A stretch of 64,000 bases of DNA from Candidatus Aminicenantales bacterium (GCA_050015275.1 JBEKBS010000013.1:4589-68588), one strand, 5' to 3'; shown: positions 38,485 through 51,264, numbered from the stretch's first letter. A program made the numbers and translations. The notes: generated from the sequence alone by a model not told the origin.

Positions 38485-40851
38485 TCAGAGCTCTTCCTTC
38501 TTGGCCTTCCCCCTGTCCATTTCCTTGACGTAGGCCCTGCGGTCGACGAGGATCTCCCGGGGCTTGCTCCCTTCCGACGGGCCGATGATCCCCTCATCCT
38601 GCATCTGGTCGATGATCCGGGCCGCCCGGGCGTAGCCCAGCTTCAGCCGTCGCTGGAGGTGGGAGGCCGAAGCCTGGCCCGAGACCATCACCTGACGGAC
38701 GGCCTCGTCATAAAGCTCGTCCTTTTCGTCCAAATCTCCCATGATCTTATCGGCGTCGCCGCGGACGACCTGGATGATCCTCTCGTCGAAGGTCGGCGTC
38801 CCCTGCGTCTTGACGAACTTGACCAGGCGCCGGACCTCGGGGATGGAGATGTAGGAGCAATGGAGGCGGATCAGCCGGGGAAAGTTCGGCGGCAGGAAGA
38901 GCATGTCCCCCATGCCGAGGAGCTTGTCGGCGCCCCCCGTGTCGATGATGATCCGGGAATCGACCTTGGACGGGACCCGGAACGCGACCCGGCAGGAGAA
39001 GTTGTTCTTGATCGTCCCGGTGATGACGTCGATCGACGGCCGTTGGGTGGCCATGACCAGATGGATGCCGACGGCCCGGGCGAGCTGGGCCAGCCGGCCG
39101 ATGAAGAACTCGACCTCCTGGGCCCCCACCATCATCAGCTCGGCCAGCTCGTCGATGATGATGACGATGTAGGGAAGGGGCTGGAAAGCGTCCCGCTCCT
39201 CGTCGGTGAGCTTGCCCTTCTTGTCGGCCAGGATCTGCTTCATTTGCTGGTTGTACTGGTCGATGTTCCGGACCTTGACCCCCTGGAGCTTCTTGTAGCG
39301 CTCCTCCATCTTCCGGACGATGTCCATGAGCACGACGTGGGCCTTCTTGGGATCGTTGATGACTGGGCAGAGGAGATGGGGGACGTCCTCGTAGAGCGTG
39401 AACTCGAGGCGCTTGGGGTCGATGAGGACGAGCTTCACCTCTTCCGGGGTCGACTTGTAAAGGATGCTGGCGATCAGGGCGTTGAGGGCGACGCTCTTGC
39501 CCGTCCCCGTCGACCCGGCGATGAGGAGGTGGGGCATGACCGCCAGGTCCGTGATGTAGACCCCGCCGTGGACGTCCTTGCCGAGGGCGAAGGTCAGCTT
39601 GGACGGCGATTCGAGGAACTTCTCCGACTCGATGATGTCGCGGAGCTTGATCGTCTCCCGCTTGTTGTTCGGGATCTCGACGCCCAGGGACGACTTGCCC
39701 GGGATCCGCTGGATGCGGACGGACTCGGCCTCCAGGGCCAGGGAGAGGTCCTCGGTGAGGTTGGCCACCTGGCTGACCTTGATTCCCGGCGCCGGGAAGA
39801 ACTCGTAGGTCGTGATCACGGGCCCGGGGTGATACTCGCGGACCTCGCCCTCGATTCCGAACTCCTTGAGCTTCTCCTCGATCCGGCGCTTCTTGTCGTA
39901 GAGCTCGTCCTTGTCGACCTTCTCCGCCGGTTTCCCCGGGTCGAGGAGATTGAACGGCGGGAAGTGGTACTCGCCCTTCCTGCCGAGGTCGGGGAACAGG
40001 AGCTTTTCGGGCGGAGGGGGAGCCACGGGCCTGGGCGCCGGGGGGGCCTCCCGGGCGGCTTTCCGGGCCTCCTTCTCCATCCTCTTCTTTTCTTTCTCCC
40101 TCTCCTTCTCCGCTTTTTTTTCGGCCTTAGGGTCCGGCTTGCCCCCGGGTTCGCCCTCCCCGCCGGCCGAGGCTGGCTCGGCGTACTTCTTCAGGACCTT
40201 CTCCCTCATCTTGTCCCGCTCCTTGCTCTTCTGGTAACGGGTGACCCGGATCCGGACCTCCTTGATGGTTGATTCGAACGTCCCTTTGAAGAAGTGGAGC
40301 GTTTTCCCGAGCGACCAGCGGGTGGAGAAGAGGAGGAAGAGGCCGAGCGCGGCCAGGAGGAAGATGAACGAGCCGACCGTGCTCAGGTACCGTTCGAGAA
40401 AATTCAGGACGGAATATCCGATGATACCGCCCGCCTGTATGGCCGTGCCCCTGAAAGGGATCCTCAGGAAAAGGAGCGCGGTCAGCGGACAGATGATCAG
40501 AAAGAACAGGAAGACGAAGCCCAGACGGCGCAGGAGGCCGCCGGCCGTGCCCCGCAGGACGGCCTTGACCGCTACGTAGCCGAGGATGAAGGGGAGGAGA
40601 AAGGCCGCAAAACCCAGGAGCCAGAAAAGCGCGTCGGCGAAATACGCTCCGGCGTGGCCGGCGAAGTTGCGGACGTGATGGCCTTGCGGCGGGACGTTGG
40701 CGAACGACGGGTCCTTGGAGTCATAGCTGATGAGGCTGACCAGGGAGAAGAGGGTGAAGAAAAGGAGGACGAGGCCGGCGATCTCGACGGCCCGGCTCTG
40801 TCTGCGGGCCGCGGACTTCCCGTTCGCGCTGCCCTTCTTCGCGTTTTTCAC
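38485..40851 (-). CDS. ftsK: DNA translocase FtsK
   Basis: N-terminal TM domain, PHLLIAGSTGTGKSV, IDPK, IDELA, ATQRPS, gamma domain 'LQRRLKLGYARAAR'. Confidence 0.95.
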   Translation of the reverse strand: MKNAKKGSANGKSAARRQSRAVEIAGLVLLFFTLFSLVSLISYDSKDPSFANVPPQGHHVRNFAGHAGAYFADALFWLLGFAAFLLPFILGYVAVKAVLRGTAGGLLRRLGFVFLFFLIICPLTALLFLRIPFRGTAIQAGGIIGYSVLNFLERYLSTVGSFIFLLAALGLFLLFSTRWSLGKTLHFFKGTFESTIKEVRIRVTRYQKSKERDKMREKVLKKYAEPASAGGEGEPGGKPDPKAEKKAEKEREKEKKRMEKEARKAAREAPPAPRPVAPPPPEKLLFPDLGRKGEYHFPPFNLLDPGKPAEKVDKDELYDKKRRIEEKLKEFGIEGEVREYHPGPVITTYEFFPAPGIKVSQVANLTEDLSLALEAESVRIQRIPGKSSLGVEIPNNKRETIKLRDIIESEKFLESPSKLTFALGKDVHGGVYITDLAVMPHLLIAGSTGTGKSVALNALIASILYKSTPEEVKLVLIDPKRLEFTLYEDVPHLLCPVINDPKKAHVVLMDIVRKMEERYKKLQGVKVRNIDQYNQQMKQILADKKGKLTDEERDAFQPLPYIVIIIDELAELMMVGAQEVEFFIGRLAQLARAVGIHLVMATQRPSIDVITGTIKNNFSCRVAFRVPSKVDSRIIIDTGGADKLLGMGDMLFLPPNFPRLIRLHCSYISIPEVRRLVKFVKTQGTPTFDERIIQVVRGDADKIMGDLDEKDELYDEAVRQVMVSGQASASHLQRRLKLGYARAARIIDQMQDEGIIGPSEGSKPREILVDRRAYVKEMDRGKAKKEEL

Positions 40852-40948
40852 GCCGCGATTATAGCATAATTACGGTGAGCGATGATAAGGGACCCGGCCG
40901 GAGACTCCGCCCCGCTGAGAAGCGGGACTGCCCCGCCAAGAGACGGTG

Positions 40949-41014
40949 CTGCCCGCATCTGGACAAATCGGGCAAGAGCCGGGACTGCCCGCTACTGGAC
41001 AGATCGGGCAGGAG
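40949..41014. repeat. Imperfect tandem repeat (2 x 30 bp, period 36) of a small palindromic unit
   Basis: ctgcccgcatctggacaaatcgggcaagag (40949-40978) vs ctgcccgctactggacagatcgggcaggag (40985-41014), 26/30 identical; each has TGCCCG...CGGGCA arms. Confidence 0.7.
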
Positions 41015-41816
41015 GCGGGGCGGCTCCCTGCCGGAGGGCGTCGAAGAGGGCAGCGAAGGTCTCAGGGGGGACTTGCTCGGCCCGGACGTTCGGCAGGAGG
41101 CCGCAGCGCTCGAAGGCGACGGCGAGGGCGCTGGCGTCCGCGTGCCTCTCAAGATTCTTCCGGAGCTGCTTCCGCCGCTCGGCGAAGGCCGCTTGGAGGA
41201 ACGCGCGGTAGAGAGGCTCGCCCGTGACGGCGTGGAGCGGGGCGGGCCGTAGGCGAAGCGCGAGTAGGGCGGACTGAACCCTGGGCGGCGGCGAGAACGA
41301 GCCCGGGGCGACGGTGAAGACGACCCGGGCCTCGAAATAATTCTGGAGGAGAATGGACAGGGGCGCGTATTTCTTGGATCCCGGCCCGGCCGGGATGCGC
41401 GCCGCCACCTCCTTCTGGAGGAGGAAGACGCAGTCCGTGAAAAGGTCCCGGTCATCGAGGACCCTGCGGAGGATCGGCGATGAGATCGAATAGGGGATGT
41501 TTCCCACGACACGGAGCGCCGGGACTCCGGCCTTGCGGCGAAGTTCGTTGAAGTCGATGGTCAGGGCGTCGCCATGAATGACCTCGACGTTGGCCGGCAT
41601 CGCCTCCCGAAGTCCCGGGATAAGCCGCCCGTCCTTCTCGATGGCGATGACCCGCCCGGCCCTTTCCGCCAGGGCGGCCGTCAGGACGCCTCTGCCGGCG
41701 CCGATCTCGACGATAACGTCCTCTTTCCGGGGCCCGATGACGCCGACGATCTTCCGGAGGACGGCCGGGCTGGCCAGAAAATGCTGCCCGAGGGCATGCC
41801 TTCGCGATCTCTTCAT
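40992..41816 (-). CDS. rsmA: 16S rRNA m6,6A dimethyltransferase
   Basis: LGQHFL, EIGAGRG, GNIPYSISS, QKEVA, FSPPPRVQS, RRK. Confidence 0.95.
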   Translation of the reverse strand: MKRSRRHALGQHFLASPAVLRKIVGVIGPRKEDVIVEIGAGRGVLTAALAERAGRVIAIEKDGRLIPGLREAMPANVEVIHGDALTIDFNELRRKAGVPALRVVGNIPYSISSPILRRVLDDRDLFTDCVFLLQKEVAARIPAGPGSKKYAPLSILLQNYFEARVVFTVAPGSFSPPPRVQSALLALRLRPAPLHAVTGEPLYRAFLQAAFAERRKQLRKNLERHADASALAVAFERCGLLPNVRAEQVPPETFAALFDALRQGAAPPPARSVQ

Positions 41817-41909
41817 GGGTCAGGGTCCCGGCGGCTTTTTCGCCTCCGGCGCCTATGATACCGCTTTTGGACCTCTGGGGCCATCCCGCCCTCGGCGGGG
41901 CCCTCCGGA

Positions 41910-41938
41910 TTGACGGTGGCTCCCGTTGTCCTTATAAT
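41910..41938 (+). promoter_or_regulatory. Near-consensus sigma-70 promoter
   Basis: TTGACG (41910-41915)-N17-TATAAT (41933-41938). Confidence 0.75.
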
Positions 41939-41969
41939 TGGGCCCTCAGAGATCGTTGAGGTCCTCGGG

Positions 41970-42056
41970 ATGCGCGCCAAGAAGATCCTCCTTTTTGCGT
42001 TCGGCGTCTTCGCCGCCGTGGCCGCCTTCCTCTCTATCAAAAGGCTAAGGCCATAG
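41970..42056 (+). CDS. Putative 28-aa single-TM micropeptide (below ORF-track cut-off)
   Basis: MRAKKILLFAFGVFAAVAAFLSIKRLRP*; GAGGT RBS at 41958-41962; own promoter ~30 nt upstream. Confidence 0.55.
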   Translation: MRAKKILLFAFGVFAAVAAFLSIKRLRP

Positions 42057-42112
42057 GCCGGATCCCGCCGGGCGTTCGAGGAATTCCGCGCGACCCCATC
42101 CGGGCCGGAAGT

Positions 42113-42141
42113 TTGACAAGGGCCCAGGTTTTCAATACATT
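42113..42141 (+). promoter_or_regulatory. sigma-70 promoter for receiver-accD-folC
   Basis: TTGACA (42113-42118)-N17-TACATT (42136-42141). Confidence 0.55.
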
Positions 42142-42158
42142 ACATTGAGCGTGCACCC

Positions 42159-42635
42159 ATGGCCGATAAGAAAATATTGATCATCGATTATGATGCCCAG
42201 AGTTTGGACTCCCTGACCAAGCTGGTCAGGTCGCAGAAGGTCCAGGTCGTCACCGCTCCGGACGGCCAGGCCGGCTACGAAAAATTCCGTGCAGAGAGGC
42301 CGGACCTCGTCATCCTGGAGGCGATCCTGCCCAAGGTCCACGGCTTCGACCTGACGAAGAAGATCACCCAGGAATCCGGGGGCCAGGTGCCCGTCGTGAT
42401 CGTGACGGGCCTTTACAAGGGGCCCCAGTACCGGCACGAGGCGATCGCCACGTTCGGCGCGTCGGACTATTTCGAGAAGCCGGTGGACCCCGACCGCTTC
42501 ATTGAGACGGTCCGGCAGCTGATGCGCGATGACGAGGAGATCGAAGAAGCGCTGCCCGACCCGGCCACGGTCATCGACAACCTTTCCCAGCGGGTCAGGG
42601 ATAAGGCCGCCCAGGGAAAGAAGAATGAGGGCTAG
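42159..42635 (+). CDS. Single-domain response-regulator receiver, atypical (phospho-Asp replaced by Glu)
   Basis: KILIIDYD...PDLVILEAILPKVHG...PVVIVTG...GASDYFEKP. Confidence 0.85.
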   Translation: MADKKILIIDYDAQSLDSLTKLVRSQKVQVVTAPDGQAGYEKFRAERPDLVILEAILPKVHGFDLTKKITQESGGQVPVVIVTGLYKGPQYRHEAIATFGASDYFEKPVDPDRFIETVRQLMRDDEEIEEALPDPATVIDNLSQRVRDKAAQGKKNEG

Positions 42636-42653
42636 GATCGAAGGACGGCGCGC

Positions 42654-43445
42654 ATGACGACCCTCTGGAGCCGCTGCAACAACTGCCAGCGCATCCTCTA
42701 CAAGCAGGACATCCTCGACAACCTCCACGTCTGCCCGTCCTGCAATTTCCATTTCCGGATCTCGGCCGAGGACCGGCTCGGGATGCTGTTCGACGACGGG
42801 ACGTACGAAGTCCAGGACGCCGGCATCCACTCCGTTGACGCCCTCCATTTCGTCGACACCAAGCGGTACGTCGACCGGCTCGCCGAGAACGAGCAGAAGG
42901 TGGGCCTTGCGGAAGCCATCATCACGGCCAGGGGGACGATGGGCGGCATCCCGGTCTATGTTCTGGCCATGGAATTCACCTTCCTGGGCGGGAGCGTGGC
43001 CTCGGTCGTGGGCGAGAAGATCGCCCGGGCCTGCGAACGGGCCATCGAGGAGAACCGCCCCGTCATCATCGTTTCCTGCTCCGGCGGCATGCGGATGCAG
43101 GAGGGGATGCTCTCGCTCATGCAGATGGCCAAGACGAGCGCGGCCATCGCCCGTCTCGGCGAAGCCAAGGTCCCGTACATCTCGGTCATGGCCGACCCGA
43201 CGACGGGCGGAACAACGGCCAGCTTCGCCATGCTCGGCGACATCAATATCGCCGAGCCGCAAGCCCTGATCGGCTTCGCCGGCCCTCGCGTCATCGAACA
43301 GACGATCAAGGAAAAGCTCCCCAAAGGCTTCCAGAGGGCGGAATTCCTTCTCAGCCATGGGATGGTCGATGACGTCATCGAACGGAAGAACCTGAGGCCT
43401 TACCTGATCAAAGCCCTCCGCCTCTTCCTCAACTGGCCTCAATGA
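42654..43445 (+). CDS. accD: Acetyl-CoA carboxylase carboxyltransferase beta
   Basis: Zn ribbon CNNC...CPSC, SGGMRMQEG, PTTGGTTASFA, GFAGPRVIEQT. Confidence 0.95.
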   Translation: MTTLWSRCNNCQRILYKQDILDNLHVCPSCNFHFRISAEDRLGMLFDDGTYEVQDAGIHSVDALHFVDTKRYVDRLAENEQKVGLAEAIITARGTMGGIPVYVLAMEFTFLGGSVASVVGEKIARACERAIEENRPVIIVSCSGGMRMQEGMLSLMQMAKTSAAIARLGEAKVPYISVMADPTTGGTTASFAMLGDINIAEPQALIGFAGPRVIEQTIKEKLPKGFQRAEFLLSHGMVDDVIERKNLRPYLIKALRLFLNWPQ

Positions 43446-44734
43446 ACCCCGGCGAGTGCCGGGACTATCTCGGCCATCTCCAGCATTTCGGGATCAAGCT
43501 CGGCCTCGAAAACATCACCATGCTCCTCGCGGCCCTGGGCGAACCGCACCGGAGCTTCCCGGCCGTCCACGTGGCGGGGACCAACGGCAAGGGCTCGGTC
43601 TCGGCCATGCTCGACCTCATCCTCCGGAACCACGGGTTCCGCACCGGCCTCTACACCTCTCCCCATCTCGTGAGGGTCGAGGAGAGGGTCCGGGTCAATG
43701 GAGAGCGGATCGGGCCCGGGGAATTCTGCGTCCTCCTCGACCGGGTCAGGGAGAGGATCGACGGCCTGATGGCGGCCGGGCGCCTGGTCTATCACCCGAC
43801 GTTCTTCGAGGTCCTGACCGCCCTCACCTTCCTCCATTTCGCGGAGCGGAAGGTCGACGTCGCGGTCCTCGAGACGGGGATGGGCGGCCGGTTCGACGCC
43901 ACGAACGTCGTCCATCCTCTTGTCTCCGTGATCACGACGATCTCCAGGGACCACGAGAAGCATCTGGGCTCGACGCTCCGCCAGATCGCTTTTGAGAAGG
44001 CCGGCATCGTCAAGCCCGGTGTCCCGGTCGTCTGCGGCGTCCCGAAGGGTGTCGCTCTCGGGGTGATCCGCCGCCGCGCCCGCGAAGTCAAGGCCCCTTT
44101 TGTCCGCGTTTTCGGGCCGGGGACGGCTTTCGAAAGCCGGCGGACCGCCCGGGGTTTCCGCTTCCGGTACGCGAGCGGGGCGGATGAATACGTGTTCACC
44201 CCGGCCCTGGCCGGCCGCTACCAGGGCGAGAACGCGGCCGTCGCCGTCGCGGCGGCCGAGGTCCTCGGCCGGGTCTGGCGGCCGCTCCAGAAGTCGAAGA
44301 TCCTCCGTGGCGTCCGCGAGGCGCGCTGGGAAGGCCGCCTGGAAACGGTCTCCCGGAGGCCCCTTGTCATCCTCGACGGCGCGCATAACGAGGAGGGGGC
44401 CGGGTCCTTGGCCGCCCATATCAAGGACGTGATCAGGAAGCCGGTCATCCTGGTCTTCGCGGCCATGAAGGACAAGGACATCCGGAAGATGGCCAGGCTT
44501 CTCTTCCCCCAGGCCCGGACCGTGATCCTGACCCAGGTCCCCTATAAGCGCTCCGCCCTGCCGGCCGAGATCCTTGAGGCAGCCCGCGAATTCGAGGGTC
44601 GCGTCCTGCTGGAGCCGGACGTGGCTAGAGCCGTGCGCCTGGCCCTTGATGAATCGGCCGGCCGGACCCCCGTCCTCATCGCCGGCTCCCTCTTCCTCGT
44701 CGGCGAGGTCAAGAAGCTCCGGTTGTTCGCCTGA
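43442..44734 (+). CDS. folC: Folylpolyglutamate synthase/dihydrofolate synthase
   Basis: HVAGTNGKGS, YTSPHL, ETGMGGRFDATN, LDGAHN, GSLFLVG. Confidence 0.95.
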   Translation: MNPGECRDYLGHLQHFGIKLGLENITMLLAALGEPHRSFPAVHVAGTNGKGSVSAMLDLILRNHGFRTGLYTSPHLVRVEERVRVNGERIGPGEFCVLLDRVRERIDGLMAAGRLVYHPTFFEVLTALTFLHFAERKVDVAVLETGMGGRFDATNVVHPLVSVITTISRDHEKHLGSTLRQIAFEKAGIVKPGVPVVCGVPKGVALGVIRRRAREVKAPFVRVFGPGTAFESRRTARGFRFRYASGADEYVFTPALAGRYQGENAAVAVAAAEVLGRVWRPLQKSKILRGVREARWEGRLETVSRRPLVILDGAHNEEGAGSLAAHIKDVIRKPVILVFAAMKDKDIRKMARLLFPQARTVILTQVPYKRSALPAEILEAAREFEGRVLLEPDVARAVRLALDESAGRTPVLIAGSLFLVGEVKKLRLFA

Positions 44735-44739
44735 GCCAG

Positions 44740-44768
44740 TTGCATTTTTCGCCAGATGGCGTTAAAAT
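44740..44768 (+). promoter_or_regulatory. sigma-70 promoter of atp operon
   Basis: TTGCAT (44740-44745)-N17-TAAAAT (44763-44768). Confidence 0.55.
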
Positions 44769-44801
44769 TTCATTTACTTTTCCGTCTGGGAAAGATATCC
44801 G

Positions 44802-45218
44802 ATGTTGTCCATTAACGCGACCGTTTTCGTCACGTTCGCCCTCGTCTGGATCCTCGTTCTCGTCCTGTCGCGTGTTTTCTTCAAGCCCGTCCGGCGCGTC
44901 CTCGACGAGCGGGCCTCGCGGATCGAGAAGGCGAAGGCGGAGACCGAGAAGACCCTGGCGGCCTATGAACAGGACCTCCGGCGGATCGAGGAAGGCCTGA
45001 AGGAGGCCCGGGCCGCGGCGGCCGGGATCCGTGAGCAGGCCGCACTCGAAGCTCTGAAGGAAAAGAGCCGGCTCCTCCAGGAGATCCAGGTCGAGTGCCG
45101 GGCCCAGGTGGACAAGGCCAAGGCCGAGCTCGGCCAGCGGGTCGAGGCGCTCAAGAAAGAGCTCGACGCCACGACCGAAGAGCTCTCCGAGGACATCGAG
45201 CGGAGGATCCTGAACTGA
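44802..45218 (+). CDS. ATP synthase F0 subunit b'
   Basis: N-terminal TM, 'FFKPVRRVLDER', coiled coil; first of two b-type genes. Confidence 0.88.
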   Translation: MLSINATVFVTFALVWILVLVLSRVFFKPVRRVLDERASRIEKAKAETEKTLAAYEQDLRRIEEGLKEARAAAAGIREQAALEALKEKSRLLQEIQVECRAQVDKAKAELGQRVEALKKELDATTEELSEDIERRILN

Positions 45219-45799
45219 TGATGCCGCGGAAACCTTTCGCCGTCGTTCTCACCGTCCTGCCCCTCCTTTTGTTCATGAGCGCTGGGGAGGCGGGACGGCC
45301 GTCGACTGCCATGGATTTTGCCGGGAAGGTCGTCAATTTCGTTATCCTCTTCGGTGGCTTGGCGTTCGTCCTTCGCAAACCGCTTGCGGCCATGCTCCGA
45401 AAAAGGTCCGCCGACATCCGGGACACGATCCGACTGGCCGACGAGGGGAGCGCCGAAGCCGCGAAAAAATACGAAGGGTCGGAGGCGCGGCTGGCGGGGC
45501 TCGAGGGGGACGTCCTGCAGTTGAAGAACGAAGCCGAGGAGGACGCCCGCATGGAAAAAGACAGGATCGCCCGGCTGGCCGCCGAGGAGTCCGACCGGGT
45601 CCGGCAATTCACCGGCCAGGAGATCGACGAGCAGGTAAGGGCCGGCGCCGGGGAGCTCAGAGCGTACGCCGCGGAGCAGGCGACGGCCCTGGCCCGGGAG
45701 AGGATCCGGAAAAGGCTGACCGCCGAGGGCCAGGCGGCCCTCATCAACAAATCCATCGAGAGGCTCTCGCGGTTTTATGAAAAATCAGGTTCTCGTTAA
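45218..45799 (+). CDS. atpF: ATP synthase F0 subunit b
   Basis: 'KVVNFVILFGGLAFVLRKPL...R' then coiled coil; start 45218 or 45221. Confidence 0.88.
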   Translation: MMPRKPFAVVLTVLPLLLFMSAGEAGRPSTAMDFAGKVVNFVILFGGLAFVLRKPLAAMLRKRSADIRDTIRLADEGSAEAAKKYEGSEARLAGLEGDVLQLKNEAEEDARMEKDRIARLAAEESDRVRQFTGQEIDEQVRAGAGELRAYAAEQATALARERIRKRLTAEGQAALINKSIERLSRFYEKSGSR

Positions 45800-46319
45800 A
45801 AGATACGCCCAGGGCCTCGTCCAGGCCGTGAAGGACGAGGGGGAGTTCGCGGCCGTCCGGGCCGACCTCAACGCGTTCCTCGATCTTTATGCCCGCCAGG
45901 ACGAGCTCCGCCGCGCGCTGATGAACCCGTTCATCAACGCCGGGGCCAAAACCAAAATTTTGAAGGACGTCCTGGACAGGGGCGGGGCCGGCAAGAAAAC
46001 AGGCAGACTGCTCCAGCTTCTCCTCGATCACAAGCGTTTCGACCTCGTCAAGGACATCGCGGAAGTCCTGCCCGAAATGTGGAACGAGAAACTCGGGATC
46101 CTGACCTTCGAAATCGCCTCCGTCATTCCTCTGACAGACGCCCAGAAGAGCCGGCTCCGGGAGACGATCGAGGCCGCGGAAAAGAGGCCCGTCGACCTCG
46201 TCTTCAAGATCGATCCCGGGATCATCGGGGGGCTCGCCCTGCGCACGGGGCACATCGTCTATGACGTGTCCATCCAGGGGAATCTCAACCAGATGAGAGA
46301 GCATATCCAGCAAGGCTAG
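45777..46319 (+). CDS. atpH: ATP synthase delta
   Basis: [22 protein letters not shown]. Confidence 0.92.
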   Translation: MKNQVLVKRYAQGLVQAVKDEGEFAAVRADLNAFLDLYARQDELRRALMNPFINAGAKTKILKDVLDRGGAGKKTGRLLQLLLDHKRFDLVKDIAEVLPEMWNEKLGILTFEIASVIPLTDAQKSRLRETIEAAEKRPVDLVFKIDPGIIGGLALRTGHIVYDVSIQGNLNQMREHIQQG

Positions 46320-46327
46320 AGGTCGCC

Positions 46328-47845
46328 ATGAATATCAAAGCCGACGAGATCACGAAGATCATCCAGCAGCATATCGAAGGCTACGAGGCGAGCGTCGATA
46401 TCCGGGAGGTCGGGACCGTCACTTCCGTGGGGGACGGGATCGCCCGCATCTACGGCCTCGACCGGGTCATGTACAACGAGCTCCTGGAGTTCCCCCGCGG
46501 GCTTTTCGGCCTGGCCCTGAATCTTGAAGAGGAGGACGTCGGCGCCGTTCTCCTGGGCGAGAGCCACCTCGTCCGGGAGGGGGACCAGGTCAAGCGGACC
46601 CGCCGGATCATGCACGTGCCGGCCGGCCCGGCCATGATCGGCCGGGTCGTCAATCCCCTCGGCCAGCCGCTCGACGACAAGGGGCCCATCAAGACGGATA
46701 CCCGCATGTTCGTCGAGCGCCTGGCCCCGGGCGTTGTCGAGCGCGTGCCCGTCCGGGAGCCTCTCCAGACCGGGATCAAGGCCATCGACGCCATCGTCCC
46801 CATCGGACGGGGCCAGCGCGAGCTCATCATCGGCGACCGTCAGACGGGCAAGACCGCCATCGTCCTCGACACGATCCTCAATCAGAAGTCGTCCGGCGTC
46901 GTCTGCATCTACGTGGCCATCGGCCAGAAGAACTCGACCGTCGCCCAGATCATCAAGACCCTCGAGGATTTCGGCGCCATGGACTACTCGATCGTCGTCG
47001 TGTCCTCGGCGAGCGACCCGTCTCCCCTCCAGTACCTGGCACCCTACTCCGGCTGCGCCATCGGCGAGTACTTCCGGGACAATGGCCGCCACGCCCTGGT
47101 CATTTACGACGACCTCTCCAAGCACGCCGCCGCCTACCGGGAGATCTCGCTGCTCCTCCGCCGTCCGCCGGGACGCGAGGCTTATCCCGGCGACGTTTTT
47201 TACCTCCACTCGCGGCTCCTGGAGCGTGCGGCCAAGCTCAACGACGAACTCGGCGGCGGGTCCCTGACGGCCCTGCCCATCATCGAGACCCAGGCCGGGG
47301 ATGTCTCGGGGTACATCCCGACCAACGTCATCTCGATCACGGACGGGCAGATCTACCTCCAGCCCGAACTCTTCAACGCCGGCGTCCGGCCCGCCATCAA
47401 TATTGGGATTTCCGTGTCGCGCGTCGGCGGAAACGCCCAGATCAAAGCGATGAAGCAGGTCGCCGGCAAGCTCCGCCTGGACCTGGCCCAGTATCGGGAC
47501 CTCGTGACCTTCGCCCAGTTCGGGACCGAGCTCGACCGGACGAGCCAGGCCCAGCTCGACCGTGGCGAGCGGCTGACCGAGGTCCTGAAACAGGGCCAAT
47601 ATGCCCCCCTGCCGGTCGAGAAGCAGGTCCTCATCATCTACGCCGGGAACCGCGGCTTCCTGGACGAGTTCCCGGTGTCCCGGCTCAAGGAGTACGAGAC
47701 GAAGCTCTACGGGCATTTCGAGAAACTCCACCCGGACATCCTGGCCAACCTCCGGGAGAAGAAGCAGATCGACACGGCCCTCGAGGGGGCGATCGGCGCC
47801 GCGGTCACAGAGTTCAATGCCGAGTTCAAGGGGGAGGCCAGCTAA
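46328..47845 (+). CDS. atpA: ATP synthase alpha
   Basis: [37 protein letters not shown]. Confidence 0.97.
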   Translation: MNIKADEITKIIQQHIEGYEASVDIREVGTVTSVGDGIARIYGLDRVMYNELLEFPRGLFGLALNLEEEDVGAVLLGESHLVREGDQVKRTRRIMHVPAGPAMIGRVVNPLGQPLDDKGPIKTDTRMFVERLAPGVVERVPVREPLQTGIKAIDAIVPIGRGQRELIIGDRQTGKTAIVLDTILNQKSSGVVCIYVAIGQKNSTVAQIIKTLEDFGAMDYSIVVVSSASDPSPLQYLAPYSGCAIGEYFRDNGRHALVIYDDLSKHAAAYREISLLLRRPPGREAYPGDVFYLHSRLLERAAKLNDELGGGSLTALPIIETQAGDVSGYIPTNVISITDGQIYLQPELFNAGVRPAINIGISVSRVGGNAQIKAMKQVAGKLRLDLAQYRDLVTFAQFGTELDRTSQAQLDRGERLTEVLKQGQYAPLPVEKQVLIIYAGNRGFLDEFPVSRLKEYETKLYGHFEKLHPDILANLREKKQIDTALEGAIGAAVTEFNAEFKGEAS

Positions 47846-47846
47846 C

Positions 47847-50451
<2,605 letters not shown>

Positions 50452-51264
50452 CGGCGAGACGCTCGACACCTTCTACCGGGGCCGGGTCCTGGTCCTCCAG
50501 AAAAAACGGGGTTTCCGGTTCTCTGTCGACGCGCCGCTCCTTGCGGATTTTGTCAGGACGAGGGAGACCGACGACATCCTGGACATCGGGACCGGCAGCG
50601 GGATCATTTCTCTTCTCATGAGCCTCAAGCCGTTCCGGCGCATCATCGCGCTCGAGATCCAGGAGGGCCTGGCCGACTTGGCGAGGCGGAACGTCGCCCT
50701 GAACGGGCTCGGGAAAAGGATCGACGTCGTCCATGCGGATTTCCGGAACTATGCTCCGGGCCGGAAGCTCGACCTGATCGTCGCGAACCCCCCTTACATC
50801 CGAAAGGCCACCGGCTTCCTCAGCCGGGTGACCGAAAAGTCCGTCGCCAAGCACGAAATCCATGGCGACATCGCCGACATGATTGGGAAAACCGGGGATT
50901 GGCTCAAGAGAAAAGGCCGGGCCTGTTTCGTCTATCCGGAAAGGCGGCGGGAGGATCTTGTCGCGGCGGCCGGGGCGCAGGGGCTCCGCATCCGGCGGAT
51001 CCGGTTCGTCCACCCACGGGCCGGCGGGCCCGCCAACCTCTTCCTGGTCGAGCTCGGATTCGAGGCCGGCGAAGGAAAACCGGAGGTGATGCCCCCGCTC
51101 GTCCTTTTCGCCCCGGATGGAAAATATACGGAAGAAGCCGAAGAGATCTTCTCCGGCCCCCCCCAGGCCCCTCATCCAGCGGCGTCCGGATCTGGCCGAG
51201 GCCTTCTTCGGTGACGACTTCAAACGGACGGCCCCCGGCCATCCGCTTGCTCAGTTGGTGCGGC

